Assembly: GCA_963976505.1 (NCBI GenBank)
Contig: CAXBNB010000001.1
Coordinates: forward strand, 1 to 45,384
Origin: an uncultured Reichenbachiellaceae bacterium
GTDB lineage: Bacteria > Bacteroidota > Bacteroidia > Cytophagales > Cyclobacteriaceae
DNA length: 45,384 nucleotides
Reading direction: 5' to 3'
The translations under genes were made by a program, and so were the position numbers. The stretch's first letter is position 1. Each line of letters begins with the position of its first letter. Below are positions 11,118 to 20,723 of this stretch, in pieces. The notes beneath the pieces were generated by a model. It had not been told where the DNA came from and searched no databases. It saw only the letters and a list, made by a program, of their open reading frames with translations.

Positions 11118-11215
11118 CCCGCCGTTGGCGAAAGCCCGTAGGGCGAATCGGTAAGCGAGATGTATTCACGCAGAGCTTGAATAGATTTGACATCTTGCTA
11201 TAAATCAATGGTTTA
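11118..11215. promoter_or_regulatory. Candidate origin of transfer (oriT)
   Basis: Small GC hairpins CGCC-GTT-GGCG and GCCC-GTA-GGGC; inverted repeat GCGAGATGT...ACATCTTGC with inner ATTCA/TGAAT; IHF-consensus AATCAATGGTTTA (11203-11215); directly upstream of a BfmA-type gene. Confidence 0.65.
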
Positions 11216-11234
11216 TGACCTATCGAATGTTACA

Positions 11235-11260
11235 CTTTTGTTACATAAGTGTAACAAAAG
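11235..11260. promoter_or_regulatory. Perfect 11-bp inverted repeat, candidate relaxosome accessory-protein operator
   Basis: CTTTTGTTACA-TAAG-TGTAACAAAAG, with extra TGTTAC/GTAACA half-sites near 11228 and 11303. Confidence 0.55.
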
Positions 11261-11345
11261 AATTAAAAACCTTTTAAATAGCTTAGTATTGTATATATTA
11301 ATGTAACATTTACTACCTATCCATATTTAATTCTCCCTTTATATC

Positions 11346-11891
11346 ATGAGTTTCGATCACCTTAGAATCAAAAAAGAAGATAAGCAATTATTTGAAGAAC
11401 TGGCCACTAAATGGGATCGCAAATATTCGAAACTCTTTGGTCAGATGGTCACCTACTTCAAAAAAACTGGTTATGATCCAATGGAACATGAACAAAAGGA
11501 AGTTCAGAACGAAATGGGTAAACTCAACAAAACCCTGATTTCCTTTATAAGAGAACAGGAAAAGAATATTCTCAAACCTATCCGTTCCCAGGTAGACGGC
11601 ATTCACACAATGACAGTTGCCCTTCTAAAGCTATCGGATAACCATGCTTATAATTTAGTTGATGAAAAAGAAGCTGTTTCCAAACCACAAGCAGAGAATG
11701 TCGGTTACGACATACTTGCTGAAGACCTTCAACACACTCAAATCAAATTAGAGAAAGCAGAAAAACAGTTGATACGTCATCAGGAACTGTTTGTTAAACT
11801 TGATAAACAAGGCAGTTTTCGCAAGAATGGCTTTGCTGTAGAAGGACTCAACGACGAGATACAGCGTATTTTCCGAATGAAGGCCTCTTAG
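11346..11891 (+). CDS. BfmA/BtgA-family mobilisation (relaxosome accessory) protein
   Basis: RHH-like N-terminus, MVTYFKKTGYDP and LISFIREQEKNILKP motifs; next to the oriT candidate. Confidence 0.75.
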   Translation: MSFDHLRIKKEDKQLFEELATKWDRKYSKLFGQMVTYFKKTGYDPMEHEQKEVQNEMGKLNKTLISFIREQEKNILKPIRSQVDGIHTMTVALLKLSDNHAYNLVDEKEAVSKPQAENVGYDILAEDLQHTQIKLEKAEKQLIRHQELFVKLDKQGSFRKNGFAVEGLNDEIQRIFRMKAS

Positions 11892-12266
11892 AGGCTCTAA
11901 ATACCCTGTTGGCGGTCTGTCTTAACAAGCACAGCAGTTAAGTCCTTAAAAAGCCCTTAAAATCGTTCTTATAGCTATTGATTAATATTGAGTGTAATTA
12001 AATGCTATTGATGATAATTAATAGCTATTAAACGATATAGATAGTAATTAAAAGGGAGGAATTAATATTTATAGTTATAAACAGATAAGAATTGTAATGA
12101 ATATCAGATAATAACAATTAATATATATCAATTGATATATATTGTAATGAATTACATAGATTTACAATCTATATCAAAAACCTGATATTAACTGATTAAA
12201 ATTACAGAGTATATCAGACTATTGATATCAAACGATTACAGTGTTTAATTACAAACAAAGAAACTT

Positions 12267-13184
12267 ATGCCAGAAACATTAGCAGTAACAAATCAAAAGG
12301 GAGGAGTTGGTAAAACAACTACAGCAATCAACGTAGGGGCAAGCCTTGCTTTGCACCACAACAAAAAGGTTTTGCTGATTGATGCTGACCAACAGGGAAA
12401 CCTCTCTGATGGACTTGGAATTGCAATAGAGCCAGAGCATACCATTCTGGAAGCGCTCTTACAAACTTCGGATCATAAGGTGTACCCATACGCGAACAAC
12501 ATTGATGTCATTCCATCCAATAAGGAATTTTCTTCTTTTGAAGCAAATATCAATCATCCCAATTTTGAAGAGCTCAAACATGAAATAGGACCAGAGAATT
12601 TACTAAAGAATTATATCGAATCTCATTGCAGTAATTATGATTACATCTTAATTGATTGTCCACCGGATTTAAACCTTGTTACCATCAATGCACTTGTGGC
12701 ATGCAACAAAGTTCTAATACCTCTTAGAGCACATGGCTTTAGTACCAAAGGCCTCGAAACAGTTTTAAACATGATGACCCGCTTGGCAAAAAGGCTAAAT
12801 ACCGGAATTGACCTGTCAGGTGTCTTCTTTACAGAACACGATGAGCGGACGATCTTGAGCCGGGACATAGCTGATGATGTCAGGAAGGCCGTTGATGGGA
12901 AGGTTTTCAAAACATTTGTGAGAAGGGCTATTGCGCTGGCAGAGTCCTCCGAAAGACAGCTTGATGTATTTTCCTACGATACCCAGATGGAACAGGAAAG
13001 TAACGGTTCTAAAGATTATCAGAACCTTACCAATGAAATGCTTGGACTGGATATAAACGGAAAAGCCTATGAGCGCAAGCAGGTAGCGGTAACTGAAGAC
13101 GATACAAATCAAGAAGACGAAACGGGAAATACTGAACTGGCCAACAAGTTTCAGGCGTTTCTAAAAAGCAAAAGATCCAAGTAA
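12267..13184 (+). CDS. parA: ParA/Soj partition ATPase
   Basis: NQKGGVGKTTT deviant Walker A, LLIDADQQGN, YDYILIDCPP. Confidence 0.95.
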   Translation: MPETLAVTNQKGGVGKTTTAINVGASLALHHNKKVLLIDADQQGNLSDGLGIAIEPEHTILEALLQTSDHKVYPYANNIDVIPSNKEFSSFEANINHPNFEELKHEIGPENLLKNYIESHCSNYDYILIDCPPDLNLVTINALVACNKVLIPLRAHGFSTKGLETVLNMMTRLAKRLNTGIDLSGVFFTEHDERTILSRDIADDVRKAVDGKVFKTFVRRAIALAESSERQLDVFSYDTQMEQESNGSKDYQNLTNEMLGLDINGKAYERKQVAVTEDDTNQEDETGNTELANKFQAFLKSKRSK

Positions 13185-13203
13185 AAACTAACCTTAATCA
13201 GAT

Positions 13204-13632
13204 ATGGCACAGTCACCAAAAAAGTCATTTAGAAAAAATAAAATAAAACCGATCACAGGTGATGCCTTGGACGCTTTGGGACCTGACAAATCAAAAACAA
13301 CCGATACACACCAACCAGAAACATCTCATGATGGAACCAAGGAGGAATCTACGCAAACTGACAAACCAAAAAAGAAAAAACCTGCGAAGGTCGATCAGAA
13401 GACTATTGAACGTAAGTCTTTTCTTATCAACGCAAAGAAATTCGACAAATTTCTTGATTTAATCTACACCAAAAAGCTCAATGGTGACTTTCGTTACACC
13501 CAGGAGCAAGGTTTAGATGAAGCTTTGGAGTTATTATTTGCCACCGAAAAAAAAATCGTTCCACGTCCTGAAGAGGAAAGGGCGTTAGAACGTAAGCGAA
13601 GTGAACGCATCAAAGGCGGAAAAAATAAATAA
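13204..13632 (+). CDS. Putative ParA partner (type Ib centromere-binding protein)
   Basis: Directly after parA; disordered basic N-terminus followed by a strand-helix-helix-like segment (RKSFLIN...KFLDLIY...QGLDEALELLF). Confidence 0.55.
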   Translation: MAQSPKKSFRKNKIKPITGDALDALGPDKSKTTDTHQPETSHDGTKEESTQTDKPKKKKPAKVDQKTIERKSFLINAKKFDKFLDLIYTKKLNGDFRYTQEQGLDEALELLFATEKKIVPRPEEERALERKRSERIKGGKNK

Positions 13633-13735
13633 TAATGATGTGATTATTTGGAATTATAAGTGAAGTAAACGAATATAGTCCTATGGTATTACCATACTTT
13701 AGTGTCATTAAACGTTAATTTGCAAATTCCTTATT

Positions 13736-14035
13736 ATGAAAAAACAATCGTTATTAATGTTGACTTTTATGTTATTGTCAACATTCGTTTTTGCCCAGGA
13801 CTCCCCAGACCTTGCATCACCCGCAAGAAACTTCCTTACCAACACCCTGCGTCCGTTATATCCCATTGCCATATCTGGGATAGCTTTAATTGGTGGTATC
13901 ATGAATATTGGTAAAGTAATGGGTACAGATTCAGACTGGAAGGGGTTCTTTACCAAAATTGGTCTTTTCCTTCTGGCTGCAATAATCCTTGTGGTAGTAA
14001 TAGAGTTCTTATACTCATTAGTGTTGAATTTCTAA
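13736..14035 (+). CDS. Conjugative pilin-like protein (TraE/VirB2-like)
   Basis: Signal peptide plus two hydrophobic helices; first gene of the tra cluster. Confidence 0.7.
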   Translation: MKKQSLLMLTFMLLSTFVFAQDSPDLASPARNFLTNTLRPLYPIAISGIALIGGIMNIGKVMGTDSDWKGFFTKIGLFLLAAIILVVVIEFLYSLVLNF

Positions 14036-14037
14036 GA

Positions 14038-14304
14038 ATGGTGAAAACTTTCAAGGTCAATAAAAATACGGAATCAGAACCTACGATGATGGGTATGGCG
14101 ATGGTTCCGTTTTTTTCATGTTTGGGAGCACTTCTTTTGGGAATATTTGTTGTTCTTGCTACGAGAACATTTTTATCCGCTCTCCTATCACTTGTCCTTT
14201 TTACCCTTACAATTTTCGGATCAAATTATATATACAACAACAAAGTATTTGATCGTATTTCCGATGCTCAACATCCAAAAAGCATTCATAATGACATCTT
14301 TTAA
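14038..14304 (+). CDS. TraF/VirB3-like membrane protein (DUF4133-like)
   Basis: FKVNK...EPTMMG followed by two transmembrane helices, immediately before the ATPase. Confidence 0.7.
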   Translation: MVKTFKVNKNTESEPTMMGMAMVPFFSCLGALLLGIFVVLATRTFLSALLSLVLFTLTIFGSNYIYNNKVFDRISDAQHPKSIHNDIF

Positions 14305-14318
14305 CTCCCCCAGGCCAT

Positions 14319-16730
14319 ATGATGAAGTTATCGGAACATTCTCCTATTCTTTACGAAAAAGACAACCTAACCCAATCTGTTAATGGGGATCAAATTCTTG
14401 CCTACAGAGTAATCCTTCCTGAAGCATTTTCATTATCAGAAAAGCAATTTGAAGAAATACATGCCCTTTGGTACAAAGCATTAAAAAACCTTCCCAAATG
14501 TGTTTTTGTCAAACAAGATTATTATGTCAAAAAACAGTTCAAAGCATCAAACATGCCCGAAGATACATTTCTTCAAAAGGCAGCAAAAAAACATGCTACA
14601 GGTAAGGTGTTCACTTCCCACGTATGCAACATTTACTTTATTAATGCTGGCAGTCGCTATCTGAAAAATGGAAGCATAGCAAACCCCTTTAAAAAACCAC
14701 CCAACGAAAAACAAATACAAACCCAGACTGCTATTGACCAGACATTTGTTGAAGAGATTAACCAGGCAGTTGGATTTTTAAAAAGTTCCCACCACCTGAC
14801 CGTTGCACCATTAAAAAAAGGATACGGCACTTCAATGGCCAAACGCTACTTTAATGGCTTCTACAATGATCGGATAACCGATACAGTAAGAAAAGGAGAT
14901 GAATTCCACATAGGCGATAAACGTGTAGGAACTTTTGCCATTACCAGCAACAGGCAATTGCCGGAGAATATATCCACAAGTGTTGTGGATTCAAAAGCAA
15001 GTAGCGGGGACTATCAGTTTCATAGAGGCATGTTTGATTCTTTTGGTCTTGAACTGACTTTTGATCATGTGTACACACAAATTGTATATCTTGATGATCA
15101 CAGAGAGCTAAAAAATGACATAAGGGAGCAGCAGAGCAATTTTTACAAGGCCCGTCAGTTTGCACCTGAAAATGAACAGTCGAGTGAAGAATTAACAGCG
15201 TATCTTAAAGAGATCTCTTCTGATGAAAGAATCCGTCTTGTCAGAGCGCATTACAATATTTCATTTTTTGCTGAGACACCCGAACAATACCAGAGCTATC
15301 AAACCCAGATCACACAACGCTTCAAAGACCTTGATATCACCCCTTACTTTCCGACAGGAAATAATCAGGCCAATATTTACAACCATTCGTTTTTCACCAA
15401 TGTTTCGGGTCTTAACCAACCAAACGCGTTTGTTCTGGATCTTCAACAAGCCCTTTGCCTTTTCAGTAATGTATCTAGTTTCACCCAAGATGAAGAAGGT
15501 GTTTTCTTTAATGAAAGAATTTTTAATCTTCCAATAAAAAAAGACATTTGGGATGCAAAAAAACGTTACATCAAAGCCCGTAATTTCTTTATTGTTGCGC
15601 CGACAGGAGAAGGAAAATCTGTTCTTGCCAATACGATATTATGCCAGCTCCTTGATCAGGGTTATTACATGGTTATCAATGATCTGGGTGGGTCTTATGA
15701 AAAGCTCGCTTTACTTTATCCTGATATTACCTTATACCTTCAGTTTGAACCAGGACAGCCACTTGGCATCAATCCTTTTTTTGTACCAAAAGGAGAGAAG
15801 CCAGATCTGCTAAAAATCAATGAGCTGGTAGAGTTTATTCGCACGATCTATAAGCGTGATAATGCTATGGAAGACCAGGAGCAGGTTTCTATACGCAAGA
15901 TCTTACAGTATTATTATCAGACCGTTGATACCGAACATTCGCTACCAAATTTCTACTACTTTGTTGAATTTCTACACAAAGAAAAAGCCCTTGAAAGCGA
16001 ACTTGAAATAGATAATGAGCTATTCAATGCTAAACAATTCCTTCATATATCCAGTGAATTCGTGGGAGATGGTTCATACGCCTTCTTATTTCCTGAAGGT
16101 GTCGCAGAATTCAATATTGACCTGAAGGGAAAACGACTTGTCATTAATGAGTTCGACAAAGCCCAAGGGGACCCATTGCTTATTTCAATTCTGTTAAACC
16201 TGAGCAATGTAATTGACAGGAAATTGATTTGGGAAGATAAATCTAAACGAGGGTTCATATTTTACGATGAGTGTGCCAAGCAAATGGAATTTCCAAATGT
16301 CCTAAATACCCTTGCATGGAAGGCTCAAGCCATTAGAAAACAGGAGGGATCTTTAGGCATGGTCTTACAGTCTCCTAATCAGCTTCCCGCTAACAGTATC
16401 GCAGAATCCATTATCGACAACATTCAGATTTACTTTATACTCAACAATATTGGCGGGTATGAGGCTATTGTCAAGCGTTTCAGATTTTCAGAGCACGAGC
16501 ATAATCAATTGAAGTCTATCACCAATAATTTTTCCGCTGATGCCGAAAATAAATATTCTGAGTTCATGTTCAGAAGAGCAAAACACAGCAATATACTACG
16601 GCTTCAATTGGCAGAAGAAGTGCGATGTGCCTATCTCACTGAGGGTGCAGAACACCTTGAAATAATGAAATTCTACAAAAAACATAATGACATGTCTGTA
16701 GCCATCAAAGAATACATGAAATCTAAATAG
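14319..16730 (+). CDS. traG: Conjugation ATPase TraG (VirB4 family, Bacteroidota type)
   Basis: RNFFIVAPTGEGKS Walker A, DLGGSYEKL, FIFYDEC Walker B, AIRKQEG; 803 aa. Confidence 0.92.
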   Translation: MMKLSEHSPILYEKDNLTQSVNGDQILAYRVILPEAFSLSEKQFEEIHALWYKALKNLPKCVFVKQDYYVKKQFKASNMPEDTFLQKAAKKHATGKVFTSHVCNIYFINAGSRYLKNGSIANPFKKPPNEKQIQTQTAIDQTFVEEINQAVGFLKSSHHLTVAPLKKGYGTSMAKRYFNGFYNDRITDTVRKGDEFHIGDKRVGTFAITSNRQLPENISTSVVDSKASSGDYQFHRGMFDSFGLELTFDHVYTQIVYLDDHRELKNDIREQQSNFYKARQFAPENEQSSEELTAYLKEISSDERIRLVRAHYNISFFAETPEQYQSYQTQITQRFKDLDITPYFPTGNNQANIYNHSFFTNVSGLNQPNAFVLDLQQALCLFSNVSSFTQDEEGVFFNERIFNLPIKKDIWDAKKRYIKARNFFIVAPTGEGKSVLANTILCQLLDQGYYMVINDLGGSYEKLALLYPDITLYLQFEPGQPLGINPFFVPKGEKPDLLKINELVEFIRTIYKRDNAMEDQEQVSIRKILQYYYQTVDTEHSLPNFYYFVEFLHKEKALESELEIDNELFNAKQFLHISSEFVGDGSYAFLFPEGVAEFNIDLKGKRLVINEFDKAQGDPLLISILLNLSNVIDRKLIWEDKSKRGFIFYDECAKQMEFPNVLNTLAWKAQAIRKQEGSLGMVLQSPNQLPANSIAESIIDNIQIYFILNNIGGYEAIVKRFRFSEHEHNQLKSITNNFSADAENKYSEFMFRRAKHSNILRLQLAEEVRCAYLTEGAEHLEIMKFYKKHNDMSVAIKEYMKSK

Positions 16731-16737
16731 TAGTGCA

Positions 16738-17286
16738 ATGAAAAACTTTTTAACCCTTTCTGCTTTACTAATTTCTCTGAACGCCTTTGCACAGTTTCCT
16801 TCAGTGGTCACCGACCCGGTTTCCCATGCCCGAATTACTGAAGTTATTATCACCTCTAAGAATACTTTAGAGCAAGCAAAGAAGACAGTGAGTGCATTGG
16901 AAAAAACAAGGCAAATCATTACCAAAGTCAGCAATACAGTAAAACAACTTGAACTTGTCACACGCACAGCACACAGCCAGCAAGTGACCATTCAAAGAGC
17001 AGAAGATGCCATTTCCTTTGTTAAAAAATCAGGGCAATTTTCACCAGCAGAAATAAATATGATCGTTTACAATTTTACCAATGTCATTACGGCAACCAAC
17101 CGTACCATAGCGCTGATTACTTCAATCACCCAAGATGGATTTTTTAAAATGAATGACAGTGAACGCCTTCAATTACTTCTTGACATGAACCGACGTGTAA
17201 GTGCAGGCTTGCATGACGTGAATCGAATGTTTGATAACTATAATAAAATTGCTGGAAAACGAAATATGTTCAGCGTATTCAATTAA
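16738..17286 (+). CDS. TraI/DUF4141-like secreted conjugation protein (VirB5-like)
   Basis: Signal peptide, AQFPSVVTDP, helical body, KMNDSERL motif. Confidence 0.75.
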   Translation: MKNFLTLSALLISLNAFAQFPSVVTDPVSHARITEVIITSKNTLEQAKKTVSALEKTRQIITKVSNTVKQLELVTRTAHSQQVTIQRAEDAISFVKKSGQFSPAEINMIVYNFTNVITATNRTIALITSITQDGFFKMNDSERLQLLLDMNRRVSAGLHDVNRMFDNYNKIAGKRNMFSVFN

Positions 17287-18100
17287 TGAAATTTGACTAT
17301 AACTTTCTTCTCGAGGTCTACAACGAAATGCTGGATGACCAGGCGATATTCGTTGTCATAACAGGGCTCAAATTCGTAGGCCTCTGTGTGCTGATTGTAA
17401 CCTGGTATGGGCAGTATTTTAATTCATCAAAGATGCTGATCAAAAGCCTATGCCGGTCAATCCAAAAGACATCATGAAAGGCATTGGGTTTATAATCATT
17501 TTGCTGTCCTATGATCAACTCCTTGCATTTATGGATTATATACTTGGCTTTGTAGAAACCTATTATGCAAATTTTCAAGTCAAACCAAAAGACATGGGCC
17601 TTGAAACCGTTGACGACATTCCCGTAGATGGTAATCGTGACTGGACAGACACCCTCAAAGATGCCGCATTTCTTGTCCAAAAAATGATTTCAGATCCAAC
17701 CTACTCATTGGTGCAGTCTGCCAAAGGTATCGCTTGGTTTATCGACCTCTTGATTTTTGGAACTTTCATTGCAGAGCGCTTTTTCTTCCTTGGTATATTA
17801 AGAATTTTAGGGGGCATTGCTTTGGCTTTTTCTATCCACCCCAAATTAAGCAAGTGGTTCTGGAATTGGTTAGGCCTGTATTTTGCCATATATCTTTTGA
17901 TCATTCCTTATTTCCTTGTGAACGCCTTTACTAATGTTATCTATGAAAAGAGCGAAGCAATCATTGAAAATATTACGGGTACAACAGGCACTTATCCAGG
18001 TGCTTATTCACCACTGATTATTGTAGTATTCTTTATCATATGGGTAAAATTTAAACTGTTCAAAGGGTCTCGTGACATCGTTTATAAAATTTTCAATTAA
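17286..18100 (+). pseudogene. traJ: TraJ/VirB6-like polytopic membrane protein split by a 1-nt frameshift near 17421-17450
   Basis: Two overlapping hydrophobic ORFs (17286-17477 and 17450-18100) join into one ~270-aa membrane protein if one base is added after TATTTT (~17421); it sits between traI- and traK-like genes. Confidence 0.7.
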
Positions 18101-18102
18101 AT

Positions 18103-18729
18103 ATGGCAGCAGAACACGATATATACAGGTCTTTAAGGCTAAACCGCATAATAGTCCTTACCACTTTGGTTGTCTCAACGCTTATTTCTTTGGGTGCGCT
18201 GGTTTTTGCGTACAGTACCTATAAATACCACATGAACCATGCCCTGGTATTAAGCGCCAATGGTGAAATAATGCCACTAAAATGGGTTGAACGTAAAGAA
18301 GTCGCAGACATCCAACTCAAGGACCACCTGACCAAATGGTTTGATTCTTATTACACTTTTGATCAAAGCAATATGATCACACAACGTGAAAAGGGCTTAT
18401 GGCTAATATCTGGTGAAGAGGGTAAGAAACTCGAAGAATTTTATGAAAGTAAAGGATGGTACAATGATATAATCCGCAAGTCACTTGGACAAAAATCAAA
18501 CATCATAGATGGAAGTATTGAAACAAGTGGCTATGATTCACCTTACAATTTTAAATGTACTGTGGCTATAACTGTCTATCCTTTGACCCGTCAAGACCTG
18601 GCAGACACCTATCATATGACAGTGTTAGGTCAACTGAGCTTCGTTGAACCAAATTGGCCACTTAATATTCATGGGCTACTTATTCACAATTACAGGGAAT
18701 CGCCCTGGATTAAAATTGAAAAGCCATGA
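18103..18729 (+). CDS. traK: TraK/VirB8-like conjugation protein
   Basis: N-terminal transmembrane helix, HLTKWFDSYYTFD, KGWYNDII, NIHGLLIHNY. Confidence 0.82.
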   Translation: MAAEHDIYRSLRLNRIIVLTTLVVSTLISLGALVFAYSTYKYHMNHALVLSANGEIMPLKWVERKEVADIQLKDHLTKWFDSYYTFDQSNMITQREKGLWLISGEEGKKLEEFYESKGWYNDIIRKSLGQKSNIIDGSIETSGYDSPYNFKCTVAITVYPLTRQDLADTYHMTVLGQLSFVEPNWPLNIHGLLIHNYRESPWIKIEKP

Positions 18730-19763
18730 ACCAAGAAACCAAAAAAAAGGTCCTTGTCTTATCAGTGTTTGCTATTGTCATTCTAGCTATGGTCGTTTAT
18801 GTTGTCATCGTCTTTGGCGACGATGACAATGATAGTGGTCAACTAGGTCAGTTTAATACTACTTTTTCAACCCCTACAAATCCCTCAAAAATCGCTACTA
18901 CTGATTATGACACCAAATTAAACGCCTATAAGCAAGAACGAGAAAAAGGCAACGAACCAGATGCAAAACCCATTGAAGTTCCCTTTTTGGGTGAAACAGC
19001 TTCACCTGATTCTTTGGCCTTCATTACTCAAGAAGAACGACAGCAATATGTAATAGACAGCCTAAAACGACAGCTGGTAACCGCACAGCAAGATCAAAGT
19101 TATTCTTCGCCTGTTACCACAGCAGTACCAAAACGAAGTGCGCAACCTCCAAGAAATACCAGAAAAAATAATTCAAGCCAGCCAATAGTCATTAGACAAA
19201 AAGAAGATAATTCCGAAGAAGATGAATTTGCAAACTTCGAGCTTAACAGAACATCAAACCCCCTTGATAAGAAAAGCACATCAAATTCATCCCAGCAATA
19301 TAACCACGATAAATACTATGAGGGTAAGTTTATCGAAAACCAAACGCTCGTTATTGGCAACGATCAAAGTATTAACTTAAGAAATACCGAAAGTATCCCT
19401 TTGAGGAACGACACTAACATTCCGAGAAATACCGTAATGAAAGGAGTTGTTTCAAAAGTTGGTAACCGCCTGCTTATCCGCATTAACCAAGTTGAAACAT
19501 TTGACGGAAATATTCCGGTACAACTCGCTGTATTTCATTCTGACTACAATGAAGGTTTACCCCTCCAGTCAGAAAATGAATTTGCAAAAAAAACCAAAGA
19601 CAAGCTCAATGAGGTGGTTGATGGTGCCTCTTCTAAAACCACAGTTACAATTCCATTTACCGGTATTCCTATTTCTCTGAGCCCTAAACTAGGAGGGAGG
19701 CTACAAGAAAAAATAGCTATACCTGCATCAATGACATTCAAATTAAGAGTACTACACCAATGA
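18726..19763 (+). CDS. traM: TraM-like conjugation protein
   Basis: Transmembrane anchor, TKLNAY, disordered linker, C-terminal IPRNTVMKG...NRLLIRI...DYNEGLP domain. Confidence 0.8.
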   Translation: MNQETKKKVLVLSVFAIVILAMVVYVVIVFGDDDNDSGQLGQFNTTFSTPTNPSKIATTDYDTKLNAYKQEREKGNEPDAKPIEVPFLGETASPDSLAFITQEERQQYVIDSLKRQLVTAQQDQSYSSPVTTAVPKRSAQPPRNTRKNNSSQPIVIRQKEDNSEEDEFANFELNRTSNPLDKKSTSNSSQQYNHDKYYEGKFIENQTLVIGNDQSINLRNTESIPLRNDTNIPRNTVMKGVVSKVGNRLLIRINQVETFDGNIPVQLAVFHSDYNEGLPLQSENEFAKKTKDKLNEVVDGASSKTTVTIPFTGIPISLSPKLGGRLQEKIAIPASMTFKLRVLHQ

Positions 19764-20635
19764 AGACTATTTTACTCCTTTTTTTCTCAACGGGCCTTTT
19801 TGCCCAGGCCCAAAATCTTTCTATAAAGATCAGTCCGGTCAAAGTTGTTACAGTCCAACTTCCCGTGCATCACAACATCGTTGAAATCCGCCCCGGACTT
19901 GAAAAGGAATTCTTTTCTTTCAGCATGCTAAAGTCCAACCTATTTATACTTCAGGCTACTTCTACCAAGAAGTTCCCAACATCGAACCTTACTATTCTTT
20001 GTGACAGCGCCATTTTCTATGTCGATATCGTGCATAGTTTGGAAATTGATAAATATTTCTATGAAATTCCTAACACCTCCGGTATTGCAATTTCACCTTC
20101 CCAAACGAACACAGTAAGGACAGTAAGGCCCCCCACAAAAACTGTAAAGAACGTCACAACCACACCTGTTACCAATGAACTAATCCCAGCGTATGAGTTG
20201 AGCACACTTACCCCTTCAGACACTTTGTACTACACTAAGGACCGGCTAACATTAGGTACTGAAAGTAACGGCGTCTTAGCCTATGTCAATAACCTGGTTG
20301 GCAATGATGATTTTATCTCTATCTCTATCAAAATCACCAATACTTCGCCTGTAACTTTTCATAGCGATCTAATCAACTGGTTTATTCTTACCAAAAGGAA
20401 AAAATCAGCCACCAGCATAGACGATGACGATGATTCAACACCCTATCTGGAATTGAACAACTTCCCTGTCAGTGTAGCACCAGATGAAACAGCCCTATTT
20501 GTTATGCGCTTTAGGAAGTTCTCTCTTGACAGCAACAACAGTCTCAAACTTATCATTGGAGAAGGGCAGGGGCGAAGAAATATTTCTTTCGAAATAAAGG
20601 CGAAGAAATTTTATAACTCCATTAAATATTATTAG
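19760..20635 (+). CDS. traN: TraN/DUF4138-like conjugation protein
   Basis: Signal peptide, SNLTIL, KFSLDS...EGQGRRNI C-terminal motif. Confidence 0.78.
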   Translation: MKTILLLFFSTGLFAQAQNLSIKISPVKVVTVQLPVHHNIVEIRPGLEKEFFSFSMLKSNLFILQATSTKKFPTSNLTILCDSAIFYVDIVHSLEIDKYFYEIPNTSGIAISPSQTNTVRTVRPPTKTVKNVTTTPVTNELIPAYELSTLTPSDTLYYTKDRLTLGTESNGVLAYVNNLVGNDDFISISIKITNTSPVTFHSDLINWFILTKRKKSATSIDDDDDSTPYLELNNFPVSVAPDETALFVMRFRKFSLDSNNSLKLIIGEGQGRRNISFEIKAKKFYNSIKYY

Positions 20636-20723
20636 GCCAGGACACTTATGAAATTATATATCTGTGAATCACCGCTAAAGGACGATTATATCAAATGTTT
20701 CATCTTAGATAAAAAATAGGCCT

